Source: Halomicronema hongdechloris C2206 (lineage in GTDB: Bacteria > Cyanobacteriota > Cyanobacteriia > Phormidesmidales > Phormidesmidaceae). From it: a stretch of 32,000 bases of DNA. Below, in pieces: positions 1 to 9,018 of the stretch. The translations under genes and the position numbers were made by a program. The stretch lies in assembly GCF_002075285.3 (NCBI RefSeq), contig NZ_CP021983.2:5250001-5282000 (forward strand), read 5' to 3'. The notes under the pieces were generated by a model. It was not told where the DNA came from and did not search any database. It saw nothing but the letters and a program-made list of their open reading frames with translations. Position 1 is the first letter of the stretch. Each line of letters begins with the position of its first letter.

Positions 1-1254
1 CAGCTTCAGGGCCTCAAACCCCACCAGGGTCGAGAGGCGCTCTCCCAGCATGCGGTTGCCCACCTGGTCGTGGTTCTGGGCACAGACCACAAATTGCTGG
101 GGCGGACAATCGCTGGCATCACTGCCGTGGTAGCGACGGCGGTGACGGGAATAGGCCCAATCGTAGACAAACCCAGCCTGCAGGGCCTTGGCCAACTGCT
201 CGGCCTGACCAAAGTCTTGGTAATAGCCGCTTTGTTCGCCGGTGAGCAAGGTGTGCAAACAGTGGTGAAAGTCGTCGCTCCACTGGGCGGCTAGGCCATA
301 GCCACCGCGCTGGGGGGGATGAATCACCCGCACATCGTTGAGGTCACTCTCGGCAATCAGATAATAGGGACGGCCCCGCTCCTGACTCAGGGCTTGGGTG
401 GCCTGCTGCAGTTCCGCCAGGATGTGCTTGGCGCCAAAGTCGTAGATGGCGTGGATGGCATCTAGGCGCAGGGCGTCGATGTGATAGTGGCAAAACCAAT
501 GCCGGATATTGTCCACCACAAACTGGCGTACCCCAGGACTGTGGGGACCATCGAAGTTAATGGCCGCTCCCCAGGGGGTGCGGTAGGTGTCGGTGAAGTA
601 GGGGCCGAAATCGGCGGTGTAATTTCCCTCCGGACCAAAATGGTTATAGACCACGTCCAGCACCACGGCCAGCCCCTGCTGGTGGCAGGCATCCACCAGG
701 CGCTTCAGCCCCTCCGGTCCGCCATAGGAGTGCTGTACGGCAAAGGGATAGACGCCGTCGTAGCCCCAGTTGCGATCCCCAGGAAATTGAGCCACCGGCA
801 TCAGCTCTAGGGCCGTAATGCCCAACTCCTTGAGCTCGGCCAGACGAGGAATAATGGCGTCGAAGCAGCCCTCTGGGGTAAAGGTGCCGACGTGCAGCTC
901 ATAGATGACGTAGTCCGCCAGCGGCACCCCAGTCCACTCGCGGTCGGCCCAGGCAAAGGCACCGTGGTCAACCACCACCGAGGGACCATGGACGCCCTGG
1001 GGCTGATGGTGGGAGGCAGGATCAGGACGGGTAATCTCGTTGTCTAACCGGAACTGATAGGTGCTGCCAGGCGGGATCTGGTCAGCAACACCTTGCCAAT
1101 ACCCACCAGCTGTTGGCTCCAGGGGAAGCTGACGGGGCTGGGGAGCCAGAATTTCCACGCTCACCTGCTGGCGTTGGGGCGCCCATAGGGTGAAGTGGCA
1201 ACGATGGTCTCCCAGGTACTGGGCACCGAGGGTCATGTTAGCGATAGCATCCAT
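1..1254 (-). CDS. treZ: malto-oligosyltrehalose trehalohydrolase (GH13), first 418 codons; C-terminus lies left of the window
   Basis: Absent from the ORF track because it runs off the window edge. The reverse frame is open from ATG (1254-1252) to base 1. Hand translation: MDAIANMTLGAQYLGDHRCHFTLWAP...PDPASHHQPQGVHGPSVVVD...YELHVGTFTPEG...MPVAQFPGDRNWGYDGVYPFAVQHSYGGPEGLKRLVDACHQQGLAVVLDVVYNHFGPEGNY...IDALRLDAIHAI...LIAESDLND...QWSDDFHH...QNHDQVGNR. These are the GH13 catalytic regions in the TreZ-type arrangement. Confidence 0.85.
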   Translation of the reverse strand, partial: MDAIANMTLGAQYLGDHRCHFTLWAPQRQQVSVEILAPQPRQLPLEPTAGGYWQGVADQIPPGSTYQFRLDNEITRPDPASHHQPQGVHGPSVVVDHGAFAWADREWTGVPLADYVIYELHVGTFTPEGCFDAIIPRLAELKELGITALELMPVAQFPGDRNWGYDGVYPFAVQHSYGGPEGLKRLVDACHQQGLAVVLDVVYNHFGPEGNYTADFGPYFTDTYRTPWGAAINFDGPHSPGVRQFVVDNIRHWFCHYHIDALRLDAIHAIYDFGAKHILAELQQATQALSQERGRPYYLIAESDLNDVRVIHPPQRGGYGLAAQWSDDFHHCLHTLLTGEQSGYYQDFGQAEQLAKALQAGFVYDWAYSRHRRRYHGSDASDCPPQQFVVCAQNHDQVGNRMLGERLSTLVGFEALKL

Positions 1255-1305
1255 GGTTTGGATCTTAGGGCGAAATGCCGAAAATGGATGGTATCGTCGG
1301 CTCAC

Positions 1306-2115
1306 TTAGGCGACAGCGGGGCTGGCGGTGCTGACAATGCCAGACCATTGCACTTTCTTTTCCCGGCTGCGGCGGTAGGAGAAGAAGTGCTGGGGTTCCT
1401 GGTAGGTGCAGTGGGGTGCGATCGCAACTTGCTCTAGGGCGATGCCTAGGTGCATCAATTGCATCAGATTGGCTCGCCGTACATCCAGCCGGAACCGCCC
1501 CAGGGTCGGATCCGGTCCAATCGGAGAGTCGGTTAAGGCCTGCACCTTAACCAGGAACGTGTCAGGATCCTCGTCAACATCCATCGCTACAATACTGCGA
1601 CCCACCTCCAGAGCCACCGGAGTCGACACCTGATACATCTTCCCGGCAATAGCTGGTCCCATGGCCACCCGCAAGTCTGCCAGGCGGCTACCTTGAGTCT
1701 GCAGCCGTCGAATCGCCTGGGGGACCACCTGCTGAGCCGTGCCCCGCCAACCGGCATGCACTGCCGCCACATGGCCACTGCGACCATCGGCAATCAGCAC
1801 CGGGTTGCAATCCGCCGTACAGACCCACATGGCCTGCCAGGGCTGGGTCGAGACCAACGCGTCTGCCTCTGGTCGCTGCACCGTCTTCAGATCCAGAGGC
1901 CGAGTCGCCAGGGCCACCTCATCGGCCCCCAGCACCCGATTGCCGTGCACCTGTCTGACTCGATACACCGGGGCCTGCTCCCGCAGTGCTGCCACCATTG
2001 TCTCCGGAGCTCGAGGCCAGAATTGCTGAGTGAAAAAGCCATGGGGCCATTCACTCAACAGACTGCAGGTCAGATAGGGCAGTCCCTGCCAGTGCTGCCA
2101 ATGCCAGGTATGCAT
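1306..2115 (-). CDS. pgeF: peptidoglycan editing factor PgeF / YfiH (DUF152, polyphenol-oxidase-like) family protein
   Basis: 269-aa ORF. Family-typical N-terminus (WQGLPYLTCSLLSEWPHGFFT), QVHGNRV, ADALVS, CADCNPVLI and HAGWRGT motifs, and a C-terminal CTY...FFSYRR. Confidence 0.85.
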   Translation of the reverse strand: MHTWHWQHWQGLPYLTCSLLSEWPHGFFTQQFWPRAPETMVAALREQAPVYRVRQVHGNRVLGADEVALATRPLDLKTVQRPEADALVSTQPWQAMWVCTADCNPVLIADGRSGHVAAVHAGWRGTAQQVVPQAIRRLQTQGSRLADLRVAMGPAIAGKMYQVSTPVALEVGRSIVAMDVDEDPDTFLVKVQALTDSPIGPDPTLGRFRLDVRRANLMQLMHLGIALEQVAIAPHCTYQEPQHFFSYRRSREKKVQWSGIVSTASPAVA

Positions 2116-2594
2116 AGGGTTATATAGAGAAAAGTTTTTCTAAGGCGAAGAGTAAGGCGAAGAGTGCAGGTATCCAGGTGGGGAACAGCCTTAACGGATG
2201 CACTGGACGTTATTCCATAAGCTGTGTCTAGCCTAGTCAAAAATGGAATTGTTTGAGTCCGTGATGCAGTTGCCAAAAAGCGAGCATCCGTCAGGCTGAA
2301 GATTAAGTTATAGGTCAAATACCTTAATTTCTTGAAGATTCGTCGATCTTCTTGACAAGAATCGGCAGTAAATAATAAATCTTAGTCCCAGTTTCCGCTG
2401 TTTTGAGAGATTTAGGAACAAGTCTCCCCTGATTATCCTTCTCTAGGCTTGGCAGTCATGTACTCAGCCGGCGAGTGCATTGACAATAGATGAGCTGGGA
2501 TACTGCTATCAACAGCATTCCATCTATCAGATTACTGCCTGAGCAAACGAGTCGAGTCGTCTCGCCTGTGGTGTTGTAGGAATCAAGTCACTCA

Positions 2595-4379
2595 ATGAAA
2601 TTCACTCAACTGTCTACCTCAGGGTACGTCTCACAGCTTGGTCTCCTAGTGGGCTGCTGTCTAGTGGGCCTGCCCGATCAGTCGCCAGCCATAGGGGCAG
2701 AAATCATCGCCGTTGACTCAAAGACACCTACTCCTCAGCTAGGGGCGGAGGCTCGTGCCCGCCCAGCTCCATCAGAATCGGTGCTGACGCTAGCCAATGA
2801 GCCGTCCCTATTAACCTTAGAGGCATCAGCTGCCGGAGAAACAGCTAGTGTGCCCCGGCCAGAAGAGTCCTATGAGCTGGGGCAAAGGACAGATGCCCCC
2901 CTAACGCTGGAGACAACGTCCCCCTCCGTCGATGGTCTCTCCGATGTGCAACCAGGGGATTGGGCCTACGAAGCCCTGCGCTCCCTAGTCGAAGATTATG
3001 GTTGCTTGATGGGCTTCCCAGACAATACCTTCCGGGGCAACCAGGCCCTTAGCCGCTACGAATTTGCCGCCAGCCTATCCGCCTGCCTAGATGCCTTAAC
3101 CGATCGCCTGACCAGCGGTGAGCTGGATAGCGCTGACCTGACTACGGTGCAGCGACTCCGCCAGAGTTTTGCCGACGATTTAGCCACCCTAGAGGCCGAT
3201 ATTACCGCCCTAGAAACCGATGTTAGCCGGCTCCAGACCCAACAGTTTTCTCCCACGACCCGCTTGTTCGGCCAGGTGATTTATGGCATCCAGCAGCGGA
3301 CTCCTAACCGAGCTGACTTTTTTCCCGTGGACGGAATCCGGGATACCGACGATCCCGGAGATTCCCTCAATATGATCACCAATGCCCAGCTCTCTTTGTT
3401 CAGCCGGTTGACCCCTCGCAGTTTTCTGCTGATGGGGTTGCAGGCAGGTCAAGGCAGTACCTTTCCCCGTCTCAACAATGATGTACGCTTGGGCTTCGAG
3501 GGGGATACCGACTTCAACCTAGTGGTCAGTGACCTCACCTATCGCCAGCTGATTGGCGATCGCTTTGCCTTGATTGCCGGAGCCCGGGGCGTGAATCCAG
3601 TGAATGTGTTTCGCGGCGCCAATCGCATCGAGAGTGCTGGCTCTGGTCCCTTGTCTGCCCTGGCTCAGCGCAATCCCATCATCAACATTGGCCGGGGCGA
3701 TGCGGGCCTCGGGTTTGACTGGCAGATAAGCGATCGCATCAGTCTGCAGGGGGTCTATGCCGCCGCCGATGAGGCCGATCCCCAGATTGGACTCTTCGAA
3801 GGAGACACCACCCTCGGCTTCCAACTCAGTTTGGCCCCCGTGGATGAGATAGACCTGGCCCTGCATTACATCAATAGTTTTTCTAACACGGGTAATTTAT
3901 TTACCGGCAATGGGGATGCCCAACTCACCGCCGGAGATGCCACCACCACCAACGCCATCGGTGCTACCCTGGCTTGGGATGTAAACCCATTCTTAACCTT
4001 GGGAACCTGGGGCGGCTACACCAGGTCGGTCACTCCTGGAGAGGTAGGCTCCGTAGAGACCATCAACTGGATGGTATTCGCTAACTTTCCCGATCTGTTT
4101 GGGGAAGGCCACATGGGAGGCATTTACGTGGGACAACCCCCTCGCATCAGCAGTAGCACCTTGAGACAGGGGCAAAACATCCCTGACTTGCTGGCAGGAG
4201 GATTAGGCGATCCGGACGATCAACCCGGCAGAACCACCCACATGGAGCTGTTTTATCGCTATCAAATGACTCCCAATATCAGCCTGACCCCTGGCTTCAT
4301 TGTGATCTTTAACCCGGCCCATACCCCGGATAGCGAAACCATCGGCATTGCCGCCCTGCGCACCACCTTTACCTTTTAG
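2595..4379 (+). CDS. cyanobacterial outer-membrane porin (N-terminal SLH domain plus OprB-type carbohydrate-selective porin barrel)
   Basis: 594-aa ORF. Hydrophobic signal-like N-terminus, SLH motif GDWAYEALRSLVEDYGCLMGFPDNTFRGNQALSRYEFAASLSACLD, a coiled-coil linker (LATLEADITALETDVSRLQ), then a long beta-rich domain ending in the aromatic terminus RTTFTF. Confidence 0.85.
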   Translation: MKFTQLSTSGYVSQLGLLVGCCLVGLPDQSPAIGAEIIAVDSKTPTPQLGAEARARPAPSESVLTLANEPSLLTLEASAAGETASVPRPEESYELGQRTDAPLTLETTSPSVDGLSDVQPGDWAYEALRSLVEDYGCLMGFPDNTFRGNQALSRYEFAASLSACLDALTDRLTSGELDSADLTTVQRLRQSFADDLATLEADITALETDVSRLQTQQFSPTTRLFGQVIYGIQQRTPNRADFFPVDGIRDTDDPGDSLNMITNAQLSLFSRLTPRSFLLMGLQAGQGSTFPRLNNDVRLGFEGDTDFNLVVSDLTYRQLIGDRFALIAGARGVNPVNVFRGANRIESAGSGPLSALAQRNPIINIGRGDAGLGFDWQISDRISLQGVYAAADEADPQIGLFEGDTTLGFQLSLAPVDEIDLALHYINSFSNTGNLFTGNGDAQLTAGDATTTNAIGATLAWDVNPFLTLGTWGGYTRSVTPGEVGSVETINWMVFANFPDLFGEGHMGGIYVGQPPRISSSTLRQGQNIPDLLAGGLGDPDDQPGRTTHMELFYRYQMTPNISLTPGFIVIFNPAHTPDSETIGIAALRTTFTF

Positions 4380-4432
4380 GATTAACGTTGCGAGTCTATG
4401 GACCTGAGCTGGATATCGTAAGGAGTGCACCC

Positions 4433-5326
4433 ATGACTGTCCCCCTGATTAAAACAGCCCTGACCGCCATCACCAGCGGATTAGCCCTGACCCTGGCCGC
4501 CCTGCCAGTGTCGGCTCAGTTAACGGTAACGGGGGGCAATGCCACCCTGAGCGATACCGATGTGTTCATTCCTAGTGATGGCACCATTAACGATGCCACC
4601 GGGGCCGCCACTGGCGACACCGATACCCGAGCCGTCATCTATGAGAGTACGCTGCAGGAAGAGGGATTTCTCATCCAAACCCTACAGGGGGATATTCCTA
4701 CTAATGCCATTTTCAGGCTATCGACCTTGCCGGTGATCCAGGCGGCTGGCAATGGGGGCGAGCCGACGTTGACCAATTTACCTGCCAATCTGGTAGATTC
4801 CACGGGGAACATCTTAGGCACCTTATCCCTGCGTTCCATTAGCCCCGGGGGTCCCACCTTCGTCAACATTCCCACCACTCTTGATTTCCAGGTCAGTGCC
4901 TTCAGTAATCTCACCAATTCTGGAGATCTGACTGAATTCATTAACCCTGGCTGGATTTTGCAAGAAACCGGGTTTGTCGTTGATGCGCCCTCGGCAGCCG
5001 GGGTAGTGCAGCGACGCACCCCAGTACGGCTGGTGCAGTATCAGCCCGGCACTGCTCCTCCAGGAGGCACGGCCACTGCCGAAGACCAGGTGGTTTTAGG
5101 GAACTTGGTGCCCTCAGAGGGCTATACCCCTCAACCGGGCTGGGGAAGGGGTTGCCATCGACGACATCAGCCTTACCTTCACGGATGGTCGCATCGATAC
5201 TCCGCCCGGCTTCACCCTGGAAGGGGTGGCTCCTACGGTAGAGCCCGGGGTGCTGGTGGCGCGACTGCGGGACGATACCTCGGATGTGGTCTACATCAGT
5301 CTCTTTACCGATGTCGAAATCGTTGA
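4433..5326 (+). CDS. secreted hypothetical protein, N-terminal part of an apparently frameshifted gene
   Basis: Track ORF 4388..5326. The best start is ATG 4433, preceded by AAGGAG (4420-4425). Signal peptide MTVPLIKTALTAITSGLALTLAALPVSAQ. After about 5140 the translation turns Arg/Gly/His-rich and junk-like, while frame 0 (open from 5100) becomes protein-like. Confidence 0.55.
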   Translation: MTVPLIKTALTAITSGLALTLAALPVSAQLTVTGGNATLSDTDVFIPSDGTINDATGAATGDTDTRAVIYESTLQEEGFLIQTLQGDIPTNAIFRLSTLPVIQAAGNGGEPTLTNLPANLVDSTGNILGTLSLRSISPGGPTFVNIPTTLDFQVSAFSNLTNSGDLTEFINPGWILQETGFVVDAPSAAGVVQRRTPVRLVQYQPGTAPPGGTATAEDQVVLGNLVPSEGYTPQPGWGRGCHRRHQPYLHGWSHRYSARLHPGRGGSYGRARGAGGATAGRYLGCGLHQSLYRCRNR

Positions 5327-6095
5327 GATTCCCTTTCCACCGACTGATGGTGATGATGACGGCGACGATGATGATGATGGTTTTGATGACGACGATGACC
5401 TAGGCGATGATGACCTAGGCGACGATGACGACGATGACGACGATGACCTAGGCGACGATGACCTAGGCGATGATGACGACGACGACAACGACGATGACCT
5501 AGGCGATGACGATGACCTAGGCGACGATGACGACGATAGCTTCGGCCAACCCAATCCCTTTGATGGCAGCAGTCAGTTCACGCCGGTATACCCACGCTTT
5601 ATCTTCGTCGGTGGATTTATCTTCCAGAATGTCCCCTCCGGTCGCTGGTTTGACCCTCCCATGGCCGATGGGTTCCAGTACCGTATGCAGCCCCGCAATG
5701 TGCCTGTAGGTCTGGCCAGCCGCGTGTTTCCCGGTCTTACTGGGGTCGGGGAGGCCTCGGATGCCGTGTTTACGTCCATCAGCGGCTTCCCAGAAGGAGT
5801 TGATGATGATGATCGCTTCCTGGTCTCGGTGGACGGGCAAGTCCTAGGCCGCTTTGGCCCCGGCGATACTCTCAGCTTCGGGGACTATGCTGATGTTCTA
5901 GGCGACCAGTTGGTCGATGGTGGGGTGGCTCAGTTCACCATCACGGAAATTGATCCGGCAGTGGACTCTAGCAATCCGGTGGCATTTCCCCTGAAGCTGG
6001 AGTTCAATACTGCAACTGCTAGCTTTGAAATGCGAGCTCTGGAGGCCATGACGACCTCTCAAGCCTCTGATGCCGCGGTCACTCCAGATCCCTAA
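5226..6095 (+). CDS. Asp-rich (DDLGD-repeat) acidic protein, C-terminal part of the same apparently frameshifted gene
   Basis: Track ORF 5226..6095 uses a GTG start, but the frame is open from 5100 and reads NRAGEGVAIDDISLTFTDGRIDTPPGFTLEGV upstream of that GTG. It contains a ~64-codon near-pure Asp tract followed by a ~185-aa non-repetitive C-terminal domain (WFDPPMADGFQY...). Confidence 0.55.
   Translation: MAPTVEPGVLVARLRDDTSDVVYISLFTDVEIVEIPFPPTDGDDDGDDDDDGFDDDDDLGDDDLGDDDDDDDDDLGDDDLGDDDDDDNDDDLGDDDDLGDDDDDSFGQPNPFDGSSQFTPVYPRFIFVGGFIFQNVPSGRWFDPPMADGFQYRMQPRNVPVGLASRVFPGLTGVGEASDAVFTSISGFPEGVDDDDRFLVSVDGQVLGRFGPGDTLSFGDYADVLGDQLVDGGVAQFTITEIDPAVDSSNPVAFPLKLEFNTATASFEMRALEAMTTSQASDAAVTPDP
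5346..5537 (+). repeat. coding low-complexity Asp tract with six copies of GATGACCTAGGCGA (DDLGD)
   Basis: CCTAGG occurs at 5399, 5414, 5447, 5462, 5498 and 5516, each time inside GATGACCTAGGCGA, embedded in GAT/GAC runs. Confidence 0.9.
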
Positions 6096-6163
6096 CGGTA
6101 GGGTGCCAACTTCTCCAGGCTTTCCGGCATCATAAGTGGGGAGAGTTCTACACTGCGACCTAC

Positions 6164-6983
6164 TTGAACCAAGCTCAGATCCTGAAGGCCCTGGAGGACC
6201 ATCCTGACGCCTTGGGGGTAATTCCTTCCTATCGGGCAGTTCGGCCCCATTTAGATGTGCAAATCTACGACTGCCTAGAGTCTACCAATCACCATCTGTG
6301 GCAGTTACTAGACCAGGGAGCTACCGCTGGCACGGTAGTCATCGCCCGCCGCCAGTGGGCCGGTCGGGGGCAGTGGGGCCGCCGGTGGCAGTCCCCCGAG
6401 GGCGGCCTCTATCTGTCGCTCCTGTTGGAGGTGGAGGTGCCGGTACAGGAGCAGGGGATGTTGACCCTGGCCAGTGCCTGGGGCCTGGCCACCGCCTTGG
6501 TGAAGGTGGGCTTGCCCATTCAGATTAAATGGCCCAATGACCTGGTGGTGATGGGCCGTAAGCTGGGAGGCATTCTCACAGAAATCCGCCGGGAGAACCA
6601 CCAAATTCGCTATGCCGTCATCGGGGTTGGCCTGAATTGGGCCAATCCGGTGCCTGACTCTGGGATTACCCTGAAGACCCTGCTAGAGCAGACAGGGGGG
6701 GCTGGCTTAGAGACCCTTGAGAGCTTGGCAGCACTGACCCTACGGGGGTGTTTTGCAGGGCCAGCAGTTCTGGCAGGATCGGGGCTCGGCTGAGTTGGCG
6801 GTGGCCTATCAGCAACGGCTAGTGAACCTAGGGCAAGCGGTTACTGTGGCGGGTCAACCAGGCAGGGTGATTGGTGTGGCTGGTGATGGTCGCCTCTGTG
6901 TGCATCTCGATGGCGCTACCAGAGAAAAGGCGACCCTGCGATATCTACAGCCAGGCGAGATTCATCTTGGCTATGGACTGTAG
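6164..6983 (+). CDS. birA: biotin--[acetyl-CoA-carboxylase] ligase, split by a 1-nt frameshift at a G5 run
   Basis: ORF 6164..6793 carries the catalytic core (GRGQWGRRWQSPEGGLYLS, IKWPNDLV, KLGGILTE, VIGVGLN). ORF 6753..6983 in the next frame carries the typical C-terminal SH3-like domain (LVNLGQAVTV...GRVIGVAGDGRLCV...LQPGEIHLGY). Reading GGGGG (6744-6748) as GGGG joins them as ...LTLRGVLQGQQFW... Confidence 0.8.
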
Positions 6984-7186
6984 TCAGGACTACATCAATA
7001 TGAAGCCAAGATAAAAAGACCGGCCCTGAAAGGCGATCGCACCCGGATGCCCCCTAACAAGCCATGCATTAAGAAGCAATTAGGCTAGTTCATCGGGTAG
7101 CTTGCTTGAGACTGAGGCAGCAAACGGGCTATTTCCAGCTCAACATCGCCATGGCAGCCTCCAGTTGATGTTTTCGTGGTTAGATC

Positions 7187-7492
7187 GTGACCTACCGTCT
7201 CCACAGTTCCCTAACCCCAACCGCCGCTTCCAGGCGAGAGGCACTGTATCGAGCCGCTGGTCTCCTGGGTGGGGTCAGCCTAGTGCATAGCAGCCTGGGC
7301 ATGGTCTGCACCCCCGTCATTGCCACTGAGCCAGTGTCGGCACCTGCGGCTGCCCCAGACACAACCACCCCCGCTACGGAAACCATTCCTACCCCTTCCC
7401 CGTCTGCAGCTAGTGGGGCCAACACTGAATACGTCAGGTCCCACGTTCTCTTCGTCAGCCCGGGCATCTACGACACCTATGGGGTCCTCTGA
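7187..7492 (+). CDS. twin-arginine-like signal peptide plus Ser/Thr/Pro-rich segment; possibly the true N-terminus of the downstream M23 peptidase
   Basis: GTG-start ORF with SRREALYRAAGLLGGVSLV followed by a PAAAPDTTTPATETIPTPSPSAAS linker. It overlaps the 5-prime end of ORF 7320..8912, whose first ~45 codons look out of frame. Confidence 0.35.
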   Translation: MTYRLHSSLTPTAASRREALYRAAGLLGGVSLVHSSLGMVCTPVIATEPVSAPAAAPDTTTPATETIPTPSPSAASGANTEYVRSHVLFVSPGIYDTYGVL

Positions 7493-8912
7493 ATCATCTC
7501 CTCAGCCTATCTCTAATCCCTCGACTGCCGATGCCGTGGTTACGGCTACCAACCCCGCCAGTTCTCCAGTAGAATCGACACAGGTTTCAGCAGATTCGCT
7601 ACCCTCAATGGGGGAGGTGACAGCCCCTGTGACCTCTCGTCCTGCCAGCCCTGATAGGGTATCGGAGCCGTCCCATCCGGCTACCTCAGCACTGGTCCGA
7701 CCCTCCGACGTTTCTGGCTGGCCCAGACAACTCCGTAGCCCAACGACGCATCCCCGCAAAGATCCCTCCATGGCCCATAAGGTACCCGATCAACGTCCTA
7801 ACTCGCCGCGCCTCTTGCAGCACACTCTGGGCATCGTCAGTGGCCTCAGCTTACTCAGTAGCGGCGCGGCGGTAGCCAACCCTGCTTCCACGCCCGTTGC
7901 GGGGCCCCAATCGGCCACCGAACTGCTGGCACCCGCCCCTGCTGCCCCATCGGGATCGACGGCATCGACCGATCCAGGTGCCTCCGCATCCCAGAAACCG
8001 TCATCCCCAGAGCGGGTTCCGGCGTCGATTCCAACTGAAACCGATGCTCCAGCTGACTATGGCAACGTCTTTATCGACTCGACGGACTATAGCCTGGGCG
8101 CCACCGAGAGCCCTGACAACCCCACCTTGATCTTCTCCGAACGGTCCAGTGGCTGCCAGGTCACCGTTAGCCAAGGGCAACCCCTGGGAACCCAGTGCAC
8201 CGGCCAGGCCTCGAGCTCATCGGCAGCTGGGACGACAACTCAGGGCAACGATGGCGTTCGCCTGGGCCCTGTCAACATCAGTCGTCAGGGGGTTAGCGTA
8301 GGCAACACCACTGTGATCAGCCGCGAGGCCATCAATCGTCGCATTCAGCCCCTAAATCTATTGCGCCGGGGACAGCAATCCTTCGTCTTTCCCCTCTCGA
8401 TTCCAGCACCGATTACGTCCCTGTTTGGGTGGCGGGTGCACCCTATCTTCGGCGACCAGCGCTTTCACTCAGGCACCGATCTGGCAGCCCCCACAGGGAC
8501 GCCAGTGCTAGCTACCCAGGCCGGGCAAGTGGCTGTGGCAGATGCCATCGGCGGCTATGGCCTCACCGTGATCCTGCGCCATGGCGAGGGCGACTTAGAG
8601 TCTCGATACGCCCACCTATCGCGCATTTTGGTGCAGCCAGGGGAATGGATCGAGCAGGGGGATGTGGTTGGCCTGGTGGGAAGCACCGGGAATTCCACCG
8701 GTCCCCACTTACACTTTGAGATGCGCCAACTCACAGCTCAGGGGTGGGCCGTTGTCGATCCGAGCCAGGTGCTGCAGCAGAGCGTCGCGCAATTGATCGA
8801 CCTGATCGATAACCCGCTACAGGCGTTGAATCGTCCGGCCGACGAGTCTAGTGCCGAGTCCTCAGCTTCAGGTCCCTTGCCTCACCGTCCAGCCCAGCCG
8901 AATGCCAGCTAA
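7320..8912 (+). CDS. M23 family metallopeptidase (LytM/NlpD-like)
   Basis: C-terminal M23 domain: FGWRVHPIFGDQRFHSGTDLAAPTGTPVLA...GYGLTVILRHG...YAHLS...GDVVGLVGSTGNSTGPHLHFE. The long N-terminal part is Ser/Thr/Pro-rich. An alternative start at ATG 7770 (MAHKVPDQRPNSPRLLQHTLGIVSGLSLLSSGAAVA) would give a membrane-anchored 380-aa protein. Confidence 0.8.
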   Translation: MPLSQCRHLRLPQTQPPPLRKPFLPLPRLQLVGPTLNTSGPTFSSSARASTTPMGSSESSPQPISNPSTADAVVTATNPASSPVESTQVSADSLPSMGEVTAPVTSRPASPDRVSEPSHPATSALVRPSDVSGWPRQLRSPTTHPRKDPSMAHKVPDQRPNSPRLLQHTLGIVSGLSLLSSGAAVANPASTPVAGPQSATELLAPAPAAPSGSTASTDPGASASQKPSSPERVPASIPTETDAPADYGNVFIDSTDYSLGATESPDNPTLIFSERSSGCQVTVSQGQPLGTQCTGQASSSSAAGTTTQGNDGVRLGPVNISRQGVSVGNTTVISREAINRRIQPLNLLRRGQQSFVFPLSIPAPITSLFGWRVHPIFGDQRFHSGTDLAAPTGTPVLATQAGQVAVADAIGGYGLTVILRHGEGDLESRYAHLSRILVQPGEWIEQGDVVGLVGSTGNSTGPHLHFEMRQLTAQGWAVVDPSQVLQQSVAQLIDLIDNPLQALNRPADESSAESSASGPLPHRPAQPNAS

Positions 8913-9018
8913 GTCCTCTATAGCTGGCCTTGAGAGAATCGGTATTTGCCTGCAATGGAGTAGTCACTTCCCTATGTTGCCGCCCATGTCACCGCCCCTG
9001 TTGCCGATAAAGGATCTG

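Noticed and set aside
1693-2127. 144-aa and 96-aa ORFs antisense to pgeF.
   Set aside because: The PgeF frame has clear family motifs. The antisense ORFs are Arg/His/Cys/Pro-rich with no motif.
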